In this document: positions 19,874-29,990 of the stretch, one piece after another
Numbering within the stretch: position 1 is the stretch's first letter
How the letters are laid out: each line of letters starts with the position of its first letter
DNA from: Nitrosopumilus sp.
GTDB lineage: Archaea > Thermoproteota > Nitrososphaeria > Nitrososphaerales > Nitrosopumilaceae
DNA: 64,000 nucleotides
Direction of reading: 5' to 3'
Assembly: GCA_965204345.1 (NCBI GenBank)
Contig: OZ241981.1
Coordinates: forward strand, 352,001 to 416,000
The notes under the pieces: generated by a model
What the model was told of the DNA's origin: nothing
Seen by the model: only the letters and a program-made list of their open reading frames with translations
The model's database searches: none
Made by a program: the position numbers and the translations under genes

Positions 19874-20131
19874 TCACAATTCAGGTATTTTTGCATTTGA
19901 CTTGATTTTATAATATCCATTCCCGGCATTCTCAATAAATGATGAACGAATAAGAATTGAACGAATTGTTGCATCAGGAGTTTTAGAAGTAATTTTCTTA
20001 ACCTTACGGATTTTAGTTAAAAGTTGAATAGCAGTCATAGGCTTCATTTCTCTTTTTAGAATTCGAAGAATATGATAATGATAGGTGTTTTTTCCAACTA
20101 CTTGATCAGAAATTATAGATTTTTTTTGCAT
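19874..20131 (-). CDS. Small HARE-type winged-HTH protein
   Basis: ILRILKREMKPMTAIQLL...ITSKTPDATIRSIL...F...GNGYY. Confidence 0.7.
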   Translation of the reverse strand: MQKKSIISDQVVGKNTYHYHILRILKREMKPMTAIQLLTKIRKVKKITSKTPDATIRSILIRSSFIENAGNGYYKIKSNAKIPEL

Positions 20132-20176
20132 AATAATACTCGTGTTTAATATTATTAAATAGTTTTTTTAGATGAA

Positions 20177-20971
20177 TTATTGGGTTATCATTGGCACAGA
20201 CATTTTTAATCTGTTTCGTGCAATCTCAACAAATTCTTTCTCTTTTTCTATTGCGATAAAATTTCTTTTGTGTTTTTTTGCGACAAAAGGTATTGTTCCA
20301 CTACCTGTAAATGGATCTATTATCACATCGCCCTCATTAGTCAATCCTAAAATTAATTTTTCAACTACGGCTATAGGTTTCTGGTTTGGGTGTTTTCCAA
20401 ATTGTTTTTCAGATAATGGCGTCATTGGTATATCCCACATATTACGCATCTGTTTACCTCCATTCATCTTTTTGAGAACATCATAGTTAAATGTCCAATT
20501 TTTGGCATTTTTTATGTCATTGTTTACCGCCCATATCAGATATTCAGTACTCTCACAAAACATCCTTCTAGTGATGTTTGGAAATGCATTTCGTTTATAC
20601 CATGTAACTGAACCTATAATCTTTCTTTTGTTTTTCTTTAATATATAACCTGTATCAAAAATATTGTGAAACGTTCCAAATACCACAATATTTCCATTTG
20701 GCTTAACTATTCTAAAGATCTCCGATAACCACTCTTGAAGAAATAGGTCATATTCTGAATCTGTAAAGGAATCCCATTTTTCATCCATTTTGTTAAATTT
20801 TTTCTCATCAGTCCAAAAACCATTTGACTGTAACCATCCTATTGCTTTTTTTCCATCATAGCCTGAAATATTGTAAGGTGGATCAGTAATACAATGATCT
20901 ACACTATCAGTCGATACTTTGCGCAGCTTTTCAATGGCATCGCCCAACCAAATTTTATTACGATATGCCAT
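20177..20971 (-). CDS. Beta-class (N4-C/N6-A) DNA methyltransferase, M1
   Basis: Motif IV TDPPY at N-terminus, HPNQKP, motif I DPFTGSGT near C-terminus. Confidence 0.94.
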   Translation of the reverse strand: MAYRNKIWLGDAIEKLRKVSTDSVDHCITDPPYNISGYDGKKAIGWLQSNGFWTDEKKFNKMDEKWDSFTDSEYDLFLQEWLSEIFRIVKPNGNIVVFGTFHNIFDTGYILKKNKRKIIGSVTWYKRNAFPNITRRMFCESTEYLIWAVNNDIKNAKNWTFNYDVLKKMNGGKQMRNMWDIPMTPLSEKQFGKHPNQKPIAVVEKLILGLTNEGDVIIDPFTGSGTIPFVAKKHKRNFIAIEKEKEFVEIARNRLKMSVPMITQ

Positions 20972-21083
20972 TATACCAAAATTTGTTCATCTCCCATATT
21001 TATTGAATTAATTCGATAACTACACACATAGTAAATTTAATTTCACTTTAATTATGTTTAAGAAATTATTGAAATTATGAGTA

Positions 21084-22085
21084 TTGTCTGATAATTCTGA
21101 ATTAAATGATCTAATTTTACAACTACAACAAATACAAAACGGTCTCGAAGAACAATTTGGAATTTCAGATATATACTCCAACAGTAAATTCTATGAGATT
21201 ATGATATCTAATGAGTTGGAACATACACCAATTGCAGGACATTCAGGAACACGTGATGGTAAAACATCAAATGGTGAATTTGAGTACAAGCATTTCAAAG
21301 AATCAAGTTCAAATCATTCTTGGACATTTAATGACTATTCAGATGAAACAATCGAAAAATTAAAAGGAGCTCATTCAGTAATTTTTGCACATATTGATGA
21401 TATGAATAAAAATCATCCTATTTTTGATTGGTATCTTCAAGTTGATGGAAATACATGTTCAAAATATCTAAAACGTAGAACAGAAACACTTCTCAAAAAA
21501 CAACCAAAAGGAAAACCTAATGCAAGACGAATGATTAATTTTTCTGCAAATCAATTAGAAAATGATTTACAGATATCTAAAATATACATAAATCCCATAA
21601 AAGAAAAAGGCAGATTCACAGAAGGACTAAACAAAATAATTGAACTAACTAACAAAATAGAAAGAATCACATGTATCGATCAAATACTTACAAGCAATAA
21701 ATTTTGGGAAATGCTTGTCGCAAAAGAAATAGGGCATGATGTATTATCTGAACAGTCTGGACACGATGCAATAGATAAAGATGGAAAATTTTATGAGTAC
21801 AAGGTAGCTGTAGATTCAAAGTGGAATTTTCAAGATATATCTGATTCTGTATTAACAAAATACATAACTGATGAAAAAATAATCTTGGCCATTGTTAACA
21901 AACATGAAATTAGTGTAAAAAAAATATACATTGCGGATTCTGAAATAACTGTAGCACGTTTGAAAGAAAAACTTACAGAAAGGGCACAAAAATATAAAAA
22001 ACAAAACAAAGAAATTAGAAGAAATAGTATATCTTTTTCTAAAGGAGATCTAAAAAAAATTAAGGCTCAAAAAATATTTCCTTAG
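21084..22085 (+). CDS. Putative type II restriction endonuclease with two tandem PD-(D/E)xK (PvuII-like) domains
   Basis: Internal duplication: SNSKFYEIMISNELEH...RDGKTSNGEFEYK and TSNKFWEMLVAKEIGH...HDAIDKDGKFYEYK; lies between two MTases. Confidence 0.75.
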   Translation: MSDNSELNDLILQLQQIQNGLEEQFGISDIYSNSKFYEIMISNELEHTPIAGHSGTRDGKTSNGEFEYKHFKESSSNHSWTFNDYSDETIEKLKGAHSVIFAHIDDMNKNHPIFDWYLQVDGNTCSKYLKRRTETLLKKQPKGKPNARRMINFSANQLENDLQISKIYINPIKEKGRFTEGLNKIIELTNKIERITCIDQILTSNKFWEMLVAKEIGHDVLSEQSGHDAIDKDGKFYEYKVAVDSKWNFQDISDSVLTKYITDEKIILAIVNKHEISVKKIYIADSEITVARLKEKLTERAQKYKKQNKEIRRNSISFSKGDLKKIKAQKIFP

Positions 22086-22822
22086 AATTTTTTGTTGATT
22101 TTTTCTTGTAACACTATAACATCTTGTTTCATAAACGTCTCAAGTCTCTTTTTTGCCATCTTGCAATATTCTGCATTATTATCAAATCCTATGAATTGAC
22201 GATTCAATTTTTTACATGCAAGAGCTGTAGTGCCACTGCCCATGAAAGGATCAAGTACAATGTCATTTTTTCTAGTAGTTAATTCAACTAGCTTTACAAT
22301 AAGATCCAGTGGTTTTTGTGTTGGGTGTATCCTTGTTTTTCCTTTTGGTGCCTGATATTTGAATATGTTATGAGTGCAATACCCGCCAAAGTATGCACTG
22401 TCTCTTTTACCAATTACAGCAGATTCCCAAGCATTAAGAAGTTTTGATTTTCCATTTAGAGGTACCGGATCAGGTTTTTGCCACACAATAGAATCAATGG
22501 CTTTGAAACGTAATTTTTCCATGTAATCCCAATACTTTCCAATGTCTTTTTTAGCACAAAATATGATTGCCCATCCCGATGTCTTTTTTAATCCTTCCTT
22601 GCACCATGAGGTAAAATTTTGTCCATTATCTGCATCCCAATTACCAAAATCAAAATCTAGTTTTGCCGTGCTGCCAAGTTTTTGACCCTTACAATTCAAA
22701 GTTTTGCTTATTCCATAAGGGGGATCTGCAATTAAGAGTTGTATACTGCCATCTGGAATTTTTTTCAATCCTTTCATACAGTCAATATTATGAATTTTAT
22801 TAAGTAATGAATCTGAAATCAT
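22082..22822 (-). CDS. Beta-class (N4-C/N6-A) DNA methyltransferase, M2
   Basis: ADPPY, HPTQKP, LDPFMGSGTT. Confidence 0.94.
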   Translation of the reverse strand: MISDSLLNKIHNIDCMKGLKKIPDGSIQLLIADPPYGISKTLNCKGQKLGSTAKLDFDFGNWDADNGQNFTSWCKEGLKKTSGWAIIFCAKKDIGKYWDYMEKLRFKAIDSIVWQKPDPVPLNGKSKLLNAWESAVIGKRDSAYFGGYCTHNIFKYQAPKGKTRIHPTQKPLDLIVKLVELTTRKNDIVLDPFMGSGTTALACKKLNRQFIGFDNNAEYCKMAKKRLETFMKQDVIVLQEKINKKF

Positions 22823-23007
22823 TTGTTATCTCCCTCACTTACAACGATATATTTCCTTTTGATTATGAACTTCAGTTTATCTGGATCTCCTAAAAAATCT
22901 ACAATAGGTTTTGGAACTCTACAAATCAAACTCTTTGAACCGTCAGCATTAGTGCTTTTACTCAGACTTACATTGAACTCTTTGGTGTTTTTTGCCCATC
23001 TTGTCAT
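22819..23007 (-). CDS. Small AbrB/SpoVT-like DNA-binding protein, coupled to M2
   Basis: MTRWAKNTKEFNVSL...SLICRVPKPIVDFLGDPDKLKFII; stop overlaps the M2 start (ATGA); ATG at 23007 preferred over 23112. Confidence 0.6.
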   Translation of the reverse strand: MTRWAKNTKEFNVSLSKSTNADGSKSLICRVPKPIVDFLGDPDKLKFIIKRKYIVVSEGDNK

Positions 23008-23289
23008 AAAAAAACATTCTTGTGAAACTATATAAAATAACCGATCTGTTAATAACAGTACAATTATTATACTGCATGGATATAAGAAAATCAAAAAGTA
23101 AAGAGATCGCATAAAAACAAGATCAAATCACAAGAATTAATTAATGCTATTAATTGCTTGATGCAAAATAATCTTATTCAAATATTTTCAAAATGTCTGA
23201 AAATACTTTTTCATTTTAGAATTTTTTTAGGTAGGATACAATACTGTTTCCTTGTGTATTTCTTAAGAAGTGATGCTCATGTTTAGATG

Positions 23290-23553
23290 ACTGAAAAACT
23301 AATTAAACTATGCATTAGGTCATGCTTTTGGATTGAATATTGCACTACAGATCATTCCTAAATTATTAGAGTTATGGAAACACGGTATGGAAATCCCCTC
23401 AATGATGATAGAAGATTCCTTCAATTCACGTGTTAACCAATTACTGAATTAAATTAGAAAAGATGGTTTCAAGTTATGAATCTGACGGTTTAACATTATT
23501 CTCCCTGAAGAAAATTTACTTCCATCTTGGATTCAAAAAATATTCAAAGGGTA
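23290..23553 (+). pseudogene. Possible decayed metallopeptidase remnant
   Basis: Fragments ALGHAFGL (cf. HExGHxxGL zincin) and LLPSWIQK (cf. thaumarchaeal IPxWIK domain) broken by stops and frameshifts. Confidence 0.3.
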
Positions 23554-23701
23554 GGGTAACGGAACAATTCAAGATCTAGAATTATTTAATGTTCTTCAAC
23601 ATCTTATTCAAAATAAAATCATTACAGCATAGATCTAAATCATCAAAAGTGTTTAAATAGAAAAACCATTACATTAATTTTAAATTCAGCATAACAATGG
23701 C

Positions 23702-24088
23702 ATGATGAATATCAAAAACCAGTCGCCGATTGTGGTTTATGACAACGCGTGTCATCTTTGTATTAAATTTGCAAATTCGGTGAGCTTTCTTGCCAGGGGA
23801 AGAATAGCACTGATAGGACACTATACAGAAATGGGAGAAAAGCTAAGAAAGGAATACCTGGGCGCAAATGCTACGGAAATGTTTTGGTTCATTGATGGAA
23901 AAAATGCTCATGGAGGACGCTCTGCATTGCTGCCACTGTTGCAAGAGATAATCTTTTCAAGAAAAACCGCACGGCCGCCACAAGCCAATGCGGAAGAAAG
24001 ATGCAAGATAGGCTGCAAAGCTCCCAAGGCTGTGTTTGCAAGATCATTTAGCCTGATAACCCACAGTAGAAAAATCAGGATTAGCTAG
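23702..24088 (+). CDS. DCC1-like thiol-disulfide oxidoreductase (DUF393)
   Basis: VVYDNACHLC (DxxCxxC) motif. Confidence 0.8.
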   Translation: MMNIKNQSPIVVYDNACHLCIKFANSVSFLARGRIALIGHYTEMGEKLRKEYLGANATEMFWFIDGKNAHGGRSALLPLLQEIIFSRKTARPPQANAEERCKIGCKAPKAVFARSFSLITHSRKIRIS

Positions 24089-24318
24089 GCTCATCCAAAC
24101 GGCAACATCCAAGACTGGATGGTTGTTGCTGTTGTATGAATTCTTTTGAAAGTTCAGCATAAAATCAACAGATTGCCATTCCTCCTTATCATCATCATCT
24201 TCTTCTTCTCCTCCTCTTCAGCCAACTACTCTGCAGATGGCAAATGACACAAAGAGAGACATCTGCTTGAAACATTAGAAAAGTTAGAAATAAAGGCACT
24301 GCAAAAAATAATGAAAGG

Positions 24319-24723
24319 TCATGAGCCCATCATGCCGACCATTTTAGGCAGCTCTCGATATGCCTTGCTTACAAAGATATCATTGTCTGCACTGACCATA
24401 ACAAACTGCATCGAGTTCTCAGGAGGGGGAGACACAATAATTTTTTGTCTTGTTTGCATGGTTCCCAAATCCATGGTATCACCATCGCCAAAATTAATGC
24501 GGACATTAGTCAGGGGTTCAGAGCCGGTATTCTGAATTGTTACCCTGCCCATTACAAACAGACTCTGTCTGTCCAAAATAGGATCCACAAAAATATCATG
24601 CTCCTGAGTGCTAACAGACAATTTCAAGACATCCATGCCAAAGATTACCGCCATGATGACAATGGCGCCAACACCTGCACCAACAATCATAGTGTACTGA
24701 TTCAACAACTCTAAACCACACAT
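24319..24723 (-). CDS. Membrane-anchored hypothetical protein (Ig/CARDB-like)
   Basis: N-terminal TM; VTIQNTGSEPLTNVRINFG beta-sandwich pattern; start uncertain. Confidence 0.7.
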   Translation of the reverse strand: MCGLELLNQYTMIVGAGVGAIVIMAVIFGMDVLKLSVSTQEHDIFVDPILDRQSLFVMGRVTIQNTGSEPLTNVRINFGDGDTMDLGTMQTRQKIIVSPPPENSMQFVMVSADNDIFVSKAYRELPKMVGMMGS

Positions 24724-24740
24724 CTAATAATTAAGATTGG

Positions 24741-25022
24741 CTACCTTACTTTGACACCGTTCCAAAATGCCACCATGCCTTTGATTTTCATGGCAGCATC
24801 GTTGGGCTCTGCATAGTACCATGCACAGTCCCTGTTGGTTTTGCCATTTACATCCACAGAATAATAATTTGCCATTCCCTTCCAGCCACAGAAAGTTGTC
24901 AGTTCCGTTTTTGTAAAATATTCTTGCTTTATAGAATCAAACGGAAAGTAGTGATTTCCTTCAACTTTGATAGTAGCATCACTTTCGGCAATTACCACGT
25001 CATTCCATATTGCCTGCATCAA
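24741..25022 (-). CDS. DUF427 domain protein
   Basis: IAESD...VEGNHYFP...CGWKGMANYY...AWYY..P...IKGMVAFW. Confidence 0.92.
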   Translation of the reverse strand: MMQAIWNDVVIAESDATIKVEGNHYFPFDSIKQEYFTKTELTTFCGWKGMANYYSVDVNGKTNRDCAWYYAEPNDAAMKIKGMVAFWNGVKVR

Positions 25023-25065
25023 TACAAAACAGATTCAGGTAATATTTAATTAAATCTCAAGCAGC

Positions 25066-26508
25066 TTATTGGGTTGCCCTAACTTGCTCACGTTTTGTAA
25101 AATCAGGCTTTATTCCCAATGAGTCATAGTTTCCAGAAGAGCAGGCAAAGCACATGGAATCCTTTGAGATTCCTACGGCGTTGGCAAGGTTCTCAGCATC
25201 ATTATACCCCAAGAAATCAACGCCGATGCTTTGTCTAACCATCTCAGTAATCTCATCTCCGGTCATGGCTTTTCCATCAGTAAAGGTGGCAAGTTCCTCC
25301 TGAGAAGGAAAGTCAATTCCGGCATAGCAGGGATAGTTGATTTGAGGATAGGTAATCAGCATGCTGATTCTCCTTGCACCTGCACGGCGAAGAGCTTTGA
25401 TGATGGCCTTTGAGCTGGTGCCCCGGACCAGGCTGTCATCGATTACCACCACATGTTTGTCTCTAATGATTTCACTGATTGGAATAATCCAGCGATTAAT
25501 GTCAACCCTATCGCTTTGATGGGGTTCAATGAAACTACGCAGTGGTCCCTTCTTGCTATAGCGGTCTTTTAGCAGCCCCTCATCAAAGGATATTCCCAAT
25601 TCCTGGGCATATCCTAATGCCGCAGGTCTTGCAGAATCAGGCACCGGTATTACCAGATCAGCATCAGTGAGAGGGAATTTTTTTGCCATAAGCCTGCCAA
25701 TATTTTTTCGGGAGATGTAGATGTTGTGTCCCTCCATGTTACTTGAGGGGTGTGCAAAGTAGGTAAACTCAAAGGAGCAGTGTGCGCGAGACGAGTCAGT
25801 CGAAAATTTTTCAGTCTCTAGGCCAGACTTGCTTAGTTTGATTAATTCGCCTGGGGTTATATCTCGCTGTAATGCTGCACCGACTGCAGTGACTGCAGCG
25901 GACTCAGAGGTTACAATGTAGGTATCATCAGATTCCTTGTGTCCTAAAACCATAGGGCGAAATCCCTTGGGATCCCGTGCAGCATATACGGAATTGTCAT
26001 CGGAGATAAAAGTAAAACAGTACGAGCCGACCATCTCGTTCTTTAAGACAGAAAGCGCCTTTCCCATCTGGCCATTTTCTGAGATTAGGGATACCAGGCG
26101 CTTAGCTGCAACTAGCGTATCATTTGCATTCTGGGGAGTAAAAGAGCAGCCGCCAACCATGTTGGATAGTTCTTGGGCATTGGCAATGGTTCCATTATGG
26201 GCAATGCAGAGATCCTTTACTTTGAGTGGCTGGGCATTATCTAGGGTGCTGGTTCCCATAGTAGAGTATCTCACATGGCCAATCACACATGGAGAGGCAT
26301 ACTCTTGCGCAAGTCTTTTAAAATCAGACGAGGAGTGAGAGACCAATCCCACTCTCTTAAAAGGTGCCTTGTTTGGAACTGCAAATCCCCAGGCCTCTTG
26401 GCCCCTGTGCTGCAAAGCCCGTAAGGCATCAAAGACCATTGGAATGACATTTTTTCCAGTCAGGCTGTAAATGCCCACAACGCCGCAATTTTCTTTGACT
26501 TTAGGCAA
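25066..26508 (-). CDS. purF: Amidophosphoribosyltransferase
   Basis: ENCGVVG, LQHRGQE, GHVRYST, AHNG, PVPDS, VIDDSLVRGTS; likely TTG start at 26508 after GGAGG. Confidence 0.97.
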   Translation of the reverse strand: MPKVKENCGVVGIYSLTGKNVIPMVFDALRALQHRGQEAWGFAVPNKAPFKRVGLVSHSSSDFKRLAQEYASPCVIGHVRYSTMGTSTLDNAQPLKVKDLCIAHNGTIANAQELSNMVGGCSFTPQNANDTLVAAKRLVSLISENGQMGKALSVLKNEMVGSYCFTFISDDNSVYAARDPKGFRPMVLGHKESDDTYIVTSESAAVTAVGAALQRDITPGELIKLSKSGLETEKFSTDSSRAHCSFEFTYFAHPSSNMEGHNIYISRKNIGRLMAKKFPLTDADLVIPVPDSARPAALGYAQELGISFDEGLLKDRYSKKGPLRSFIEPHQSDRVDINRWIIPISEIIRDKHVVVIDDSLVRGTSSKAIIKALRRAGARRISMLITYPQINYPCYAGIDFPSQEELATFTDGKAMTGDEITEMVRQSIGVDFLGYNDAENLANAVGISKDSMCFACSSGNYDSLGIKPDFTKREQVRATQ

Positions 26509-26655
26509 GGCAGCCTGCCTCCAAGGCATCAGATAAATTATTAGAAAAAGTACAAGACCCTGTTAAATCACCAAGTGACGACTCCATTCCCTGATCCATA
26601 ATCTAACTTTGAATAATAAAAATGATGAACACTTTTTGCGATCAAAAACGCTTTA

Positions 26656-28839
26656 TCAATCAGGTTTCTTGCCCTCAAGAACCAAATCAGAAAGAGCAGT
26701 AAGCCAAGATTGGCGGGTTTTATCCACATCTAACTCTACGACAGATTCGGATTTGGATGTAAACTGAATTTTTTTGCCAACAAAGCGTCCAATCTGTTTG
26801 AATGAAACATTGTTCTCCTTTAGAATTTCCCCTATCCTCAGATAGTGCCGTTTATCAAAGGCAAGTAAGTAGCGAGAGTGGCTTTCAGAGAACAAAATTC
26901 GGTCAGTATCAAGTTTATCATCATCTACAGGAATTTCATCTAAGAGCACGCTGCAGCCAACTTGATTGGTCATGCAGATTTCAGATATTGCTACTGCCAG
27001 GCCGCCTTTGGAGCAGTCATGTACTGATTTGAGAAGGCTGTTTTGAATTAAATTTAGGACAGAATCCATGTTTTTCTTCGAGTCCTCAAAGCTGACTGCA
27101 GGACATTTTCCGCCAATGAACCTGTGAACATACTCAAAATATTCAGAACCGCCCATTTCGTTTTTGGTATCACCGACAACTATCAAGCAGTCATCCTGGG
27201 TGACCTTCTGAGGAACAGACGGCCTCTGATCAATTAGTCCTATGACGCCAATGACAGGAGTCGGCTTGATTGGGCCTGCAGGAGTTTCATTGTAGAGGCT
27301 GACCTTTCCGCCAACACACGGAATTTCAAAATATTTGGCAAAATCAGTCAGTCCCCTCAGGGATTCTAGAAAAGTCCAAAAGATTTCAGGATCTTTTGGG
27401 TTTCCAAACTGCAGATGATCAAGCATTCCAATTGGCCGAGCTCCGGTACAGACGACATTTCTGCATGCTTCCTCAAAGCAGCCAATCGCACCCTCGCGCG
27501 GATTAAGGTAGCAGTGTTTTGGATTTCCGTCAATCTTTGCAGAAAGGTATCTTCCGTTATCTAATCGCAAAACAGAGGCATCAGATCCCGGTTTTACCAC
27601 TGTACGGATTCCAACTTCATGATCATACTGGCCATAGACCCAAATCTTACTTGCAATATTTGGCGAGGTCAGTAATCTTAGTAGCACGTCAGAATAGTCC
27701 CTGATGTGCTCAAATGACTTTTCAGTTTCAATTCTTTGTAAATAAGATGGCTTTTTTGAGGGCAAGTCAAGCAGGGTCGCATTAGCTACCACGTCAGTAG
27801 GCAGATTGGCAAGCGTTTTCCCGCCCTCCCTAACATGCATTTGCCTATCAGACCTTACAGAGCCAATCACAGAGCAGCCGATACGGAATTTTTCACATAT
27901 TTCCCTTAATTTTTGTAGTTTTTCCCGACTAGTAACAATCAGCATTCTTTCTTGCGATTCAGATACCATGATTTCATCAGGATGCATGTCAGGCTCGCGG
28001 GTGTGAACCATCTTAACATCCATCTCAATCCCAATTTCCAGCGCATCAGCAGTTTCAGAAACAGCGCAGGACAGGCCGCCGCCACCAAGGTCTTTGAGTG
28101 CATGAATCAGCCCGGCAGTCCTAGCCTCCAAAACAGCTTCAATGATTAGTTTTTCAATGAATGGATCAGGGATTTGAACGGCGGAGCGATCCTCAGACTC
28201 TAAGGAATCAGATGCAAACTGAGAGCCGCCGATTCCATCCCTGCCAGTAGGGCCTCCCATCAGTACGACAACATCGCCTTTCTTGGCATGATTTTTAATC
28301 AAGTTTTCTTTCTTGCCAAACCCCAGTGCGGCCACGTCAACTAGCGCATAGTTTTCATAGCATTCGTCAAATTCGGCCTCCCCGCCAATGGTTGGAATAC
28401 CAAGGCAGTTGCCGTAATCAGCAATGCCTGCAACTGCATTTTTAAAAAGCCATCTTGCTTGCAAATCTTTTTTGATATTTCCGAATCGCAGTCCATCAAA
28501 AATTGCAATAGGCCTAGTTCCAGCAGACAGAATGTCTCGTATTACACCACCAACGCCTGTTGCGGCCCCGCCATAAGGCTCCACGGCAGAAGGATGATTG
28601 TGGCTTTCAATGTGGGCCGTGACAACATATCCGCCTCCAACATCCAAAACTCCAGAGTCGTATCCTTTCTCACTAATTACCAAGGGGCCGTCCATGGGCA
28701 GCATTTTGAGGTGTCTTTTTGATGACTTGTAAGAGCAGTGCTCTGACCATTCAGCAGCCACAATTTGCAATTCAGTAGGCGTAGGATCTCTGCCAATCTT
28801 GGACTTTAGCTCGTCTAGTTCTTGCTCTTCAAGACTCAT
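26656..28839 (-). CDS. purL: Phosphoribosylformylglycinamidine synthase subunit PurL
   Basis: WSEHCSYKSS, ESHNHPS, TGRDGIGG, SESQERM, GGKVSLYNET, HDCSKGG. Confidence 0.97.
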   Translation of the reverse strand: MSLEEQELDELKSKIGRDPTPTELQIVAAEWSEHCSYKSSKRHLKMLPMDGPLVISEKGYDSGVLDVGGGYVVTAHIESHNHPSAVEPYGGAATGVGGVIRDILSAGTRPIAIFDGLRFGNIKKDLQARWLFKNAVAGIADYGNCLGIPTIGGEAEFDECYENYALVDVAALGFGKKENLIKNHAKKGDVVVLMGGPTGRDGIGGSQFASDSLESEDRSAVQIPDPFIEKLIIEAVLEARTAGLIHALKDLGGGGLSCAVSETADALEIGIEMDVKMVHTREPDMHPDEIMVSESQERMLIVTSREKLQKLREICEKFRIGCSVIGSVRSDRQMHVREGGKTLANLPTDVVANATLLDLPSKKPSYLQRIETEKSFEHIRDYSDVLLRLLTSPNIASKIWVYGQYDHEVGIRTVVKPGSDASVLRLDNGRYLSAKIDGNPKHCYLNPREGAIGCFEEACRNVVCTGARPIGMLDHLQFGNPKDPEIFWTFLESLRGLTDFAKYFEIPCVGGKVSLYNETPAGPIKPTPVIGVIGLIDQRPSVPQKVTQDDCLIVVGDTKNEMGGSEYFEYVHRFIGGKCPAVSFEDSKKNMDSVLNLIQNSLLKSVHDCSKGGLAVAISEICMTNQVGCSVLLDEIPVDDDKLDTDRILFSESHSRYLLAFDKRHYLRIGEILKENNVSFKQIGRFVGKKIQFTSKSESVVELDVDKTRQSWLTALSDLVLEGKKPD

Positions 28840-29540
28840 TTTTCAATACCCATTTTGCTTAGCAGCGATTCAAAGATCAAAGAAGAGGGCTTGCTGTCTA
28901 TAGGGTTAATGTCAGACTCGACTGCCCTCTCAGGATGAGGCATCATTCCAACAACATTCCCATCCTCATTACATACACCTGCTATTTTGTCTGATGAGCC
29001 ATTTACAATTTCATCATACCTGAAAACGATTTGATTCCTCTTTTTTAGCTCATTGGCAGTTTTCTCATCAACATAGTATCGCCCTTCGCCATTAGCTATG
29101 GGGATAGGAATTTTTTCACGCAATTGAAACTGATTGGTAAAAAAAGTGGTGTTGTTTTCTACTACAAGACTAGTCCATTTGCACATAAAGCTAAGAGACT
29201 CATTTTTTAGCAATGCCCCGGGCAGTATGCCAGACTCCACAAGGATTTGAAATCCATTACACACGCCCAAAACCGGAATTCCTTTCTCTGAGATTTTTCG
29301 TACGTCTGAAACAACAGGACTGTGAGCAGCAATGGCGCCGGCCCTTAGCCTGTCTCCATAAGTGAACCCCCCAGGAAGAATTACGGCATCAATGTTCTCA
29401 GGCAGTCCTTTTTCGTGCCAGCAATATCTGGTATCCAAACCAAATACATCCCTTAAGACGTGATACATGTCACGATCACAATTGCTGCCAGGAAAGACTA
29501 CAACTCCAACTTTCACAACTAGATTAGCATTCAGGGACAT
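28836..29540 (-). CDS. purQ: Phosphoribosylformylglycinamidine synthase subunit PurQ
   Basis: FPGSNCDRD, PGGFTYGDRLRAG, GVCNGFQ, MMPHPER; exact start uncertain. Confidence 0.96.
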   Translation of the reverse strand: MSLNANLVVKVGVVVFPGSNCDRDMYHVLRDVFGLDTRYCWHEKGLPENIDAVILPGGFTYGDRLRAGAIAAHSPVVSDVRKISEKGIPVLGVCNGFQILVESGILPGALLKNESLSFMCKWTSLVVENNTTFFTNQFQLREKIPIPIANGEGRYYVDEKTANELKKRNQIVFRYDEIVNGSSDKIAGVCNEDGNVVGMMPHPERAVESDINPIDSKPSSLIFESLLSKMGIEK

Positions 29541-29990
29541 ATTTAATTTGAATCCAGACACAAAAGATTCCCAGGCAAGGAAACCATGTGATCGCCACTA
29601 CAAGCCGGTGACACATGAGAAAATGCAACTATGATAGATCACGATAAAACCACTTTGTGCATCAGTAATGCTAAAAGAAAAAAAGAGAGATCAGTCTTCT
29701 AGTAGTAATGATAAAAGCCGTCAGGAATTGTTTCAAAAAGGGATATTGCAAGTAAGATTGCTGCAAAAGATCTCAAATCATCGCAAATGCAGTTAGAAGA
29801 AATCGTGCCATGGAGATTCAAACAGATATTGTGATATACAAAATTGGCTTTGCAGCTCAAAAACAAAAAAATGCCAAATCACAGCATCAGGTGACTAGTC
29901 GTACTTGAAGCATGAAACCTGTGATCCAAACCAGATTCAGGATCTAAAACAGTAGCATCAGACGGTTAGTCATACCTGAAGCAAGTTGCA

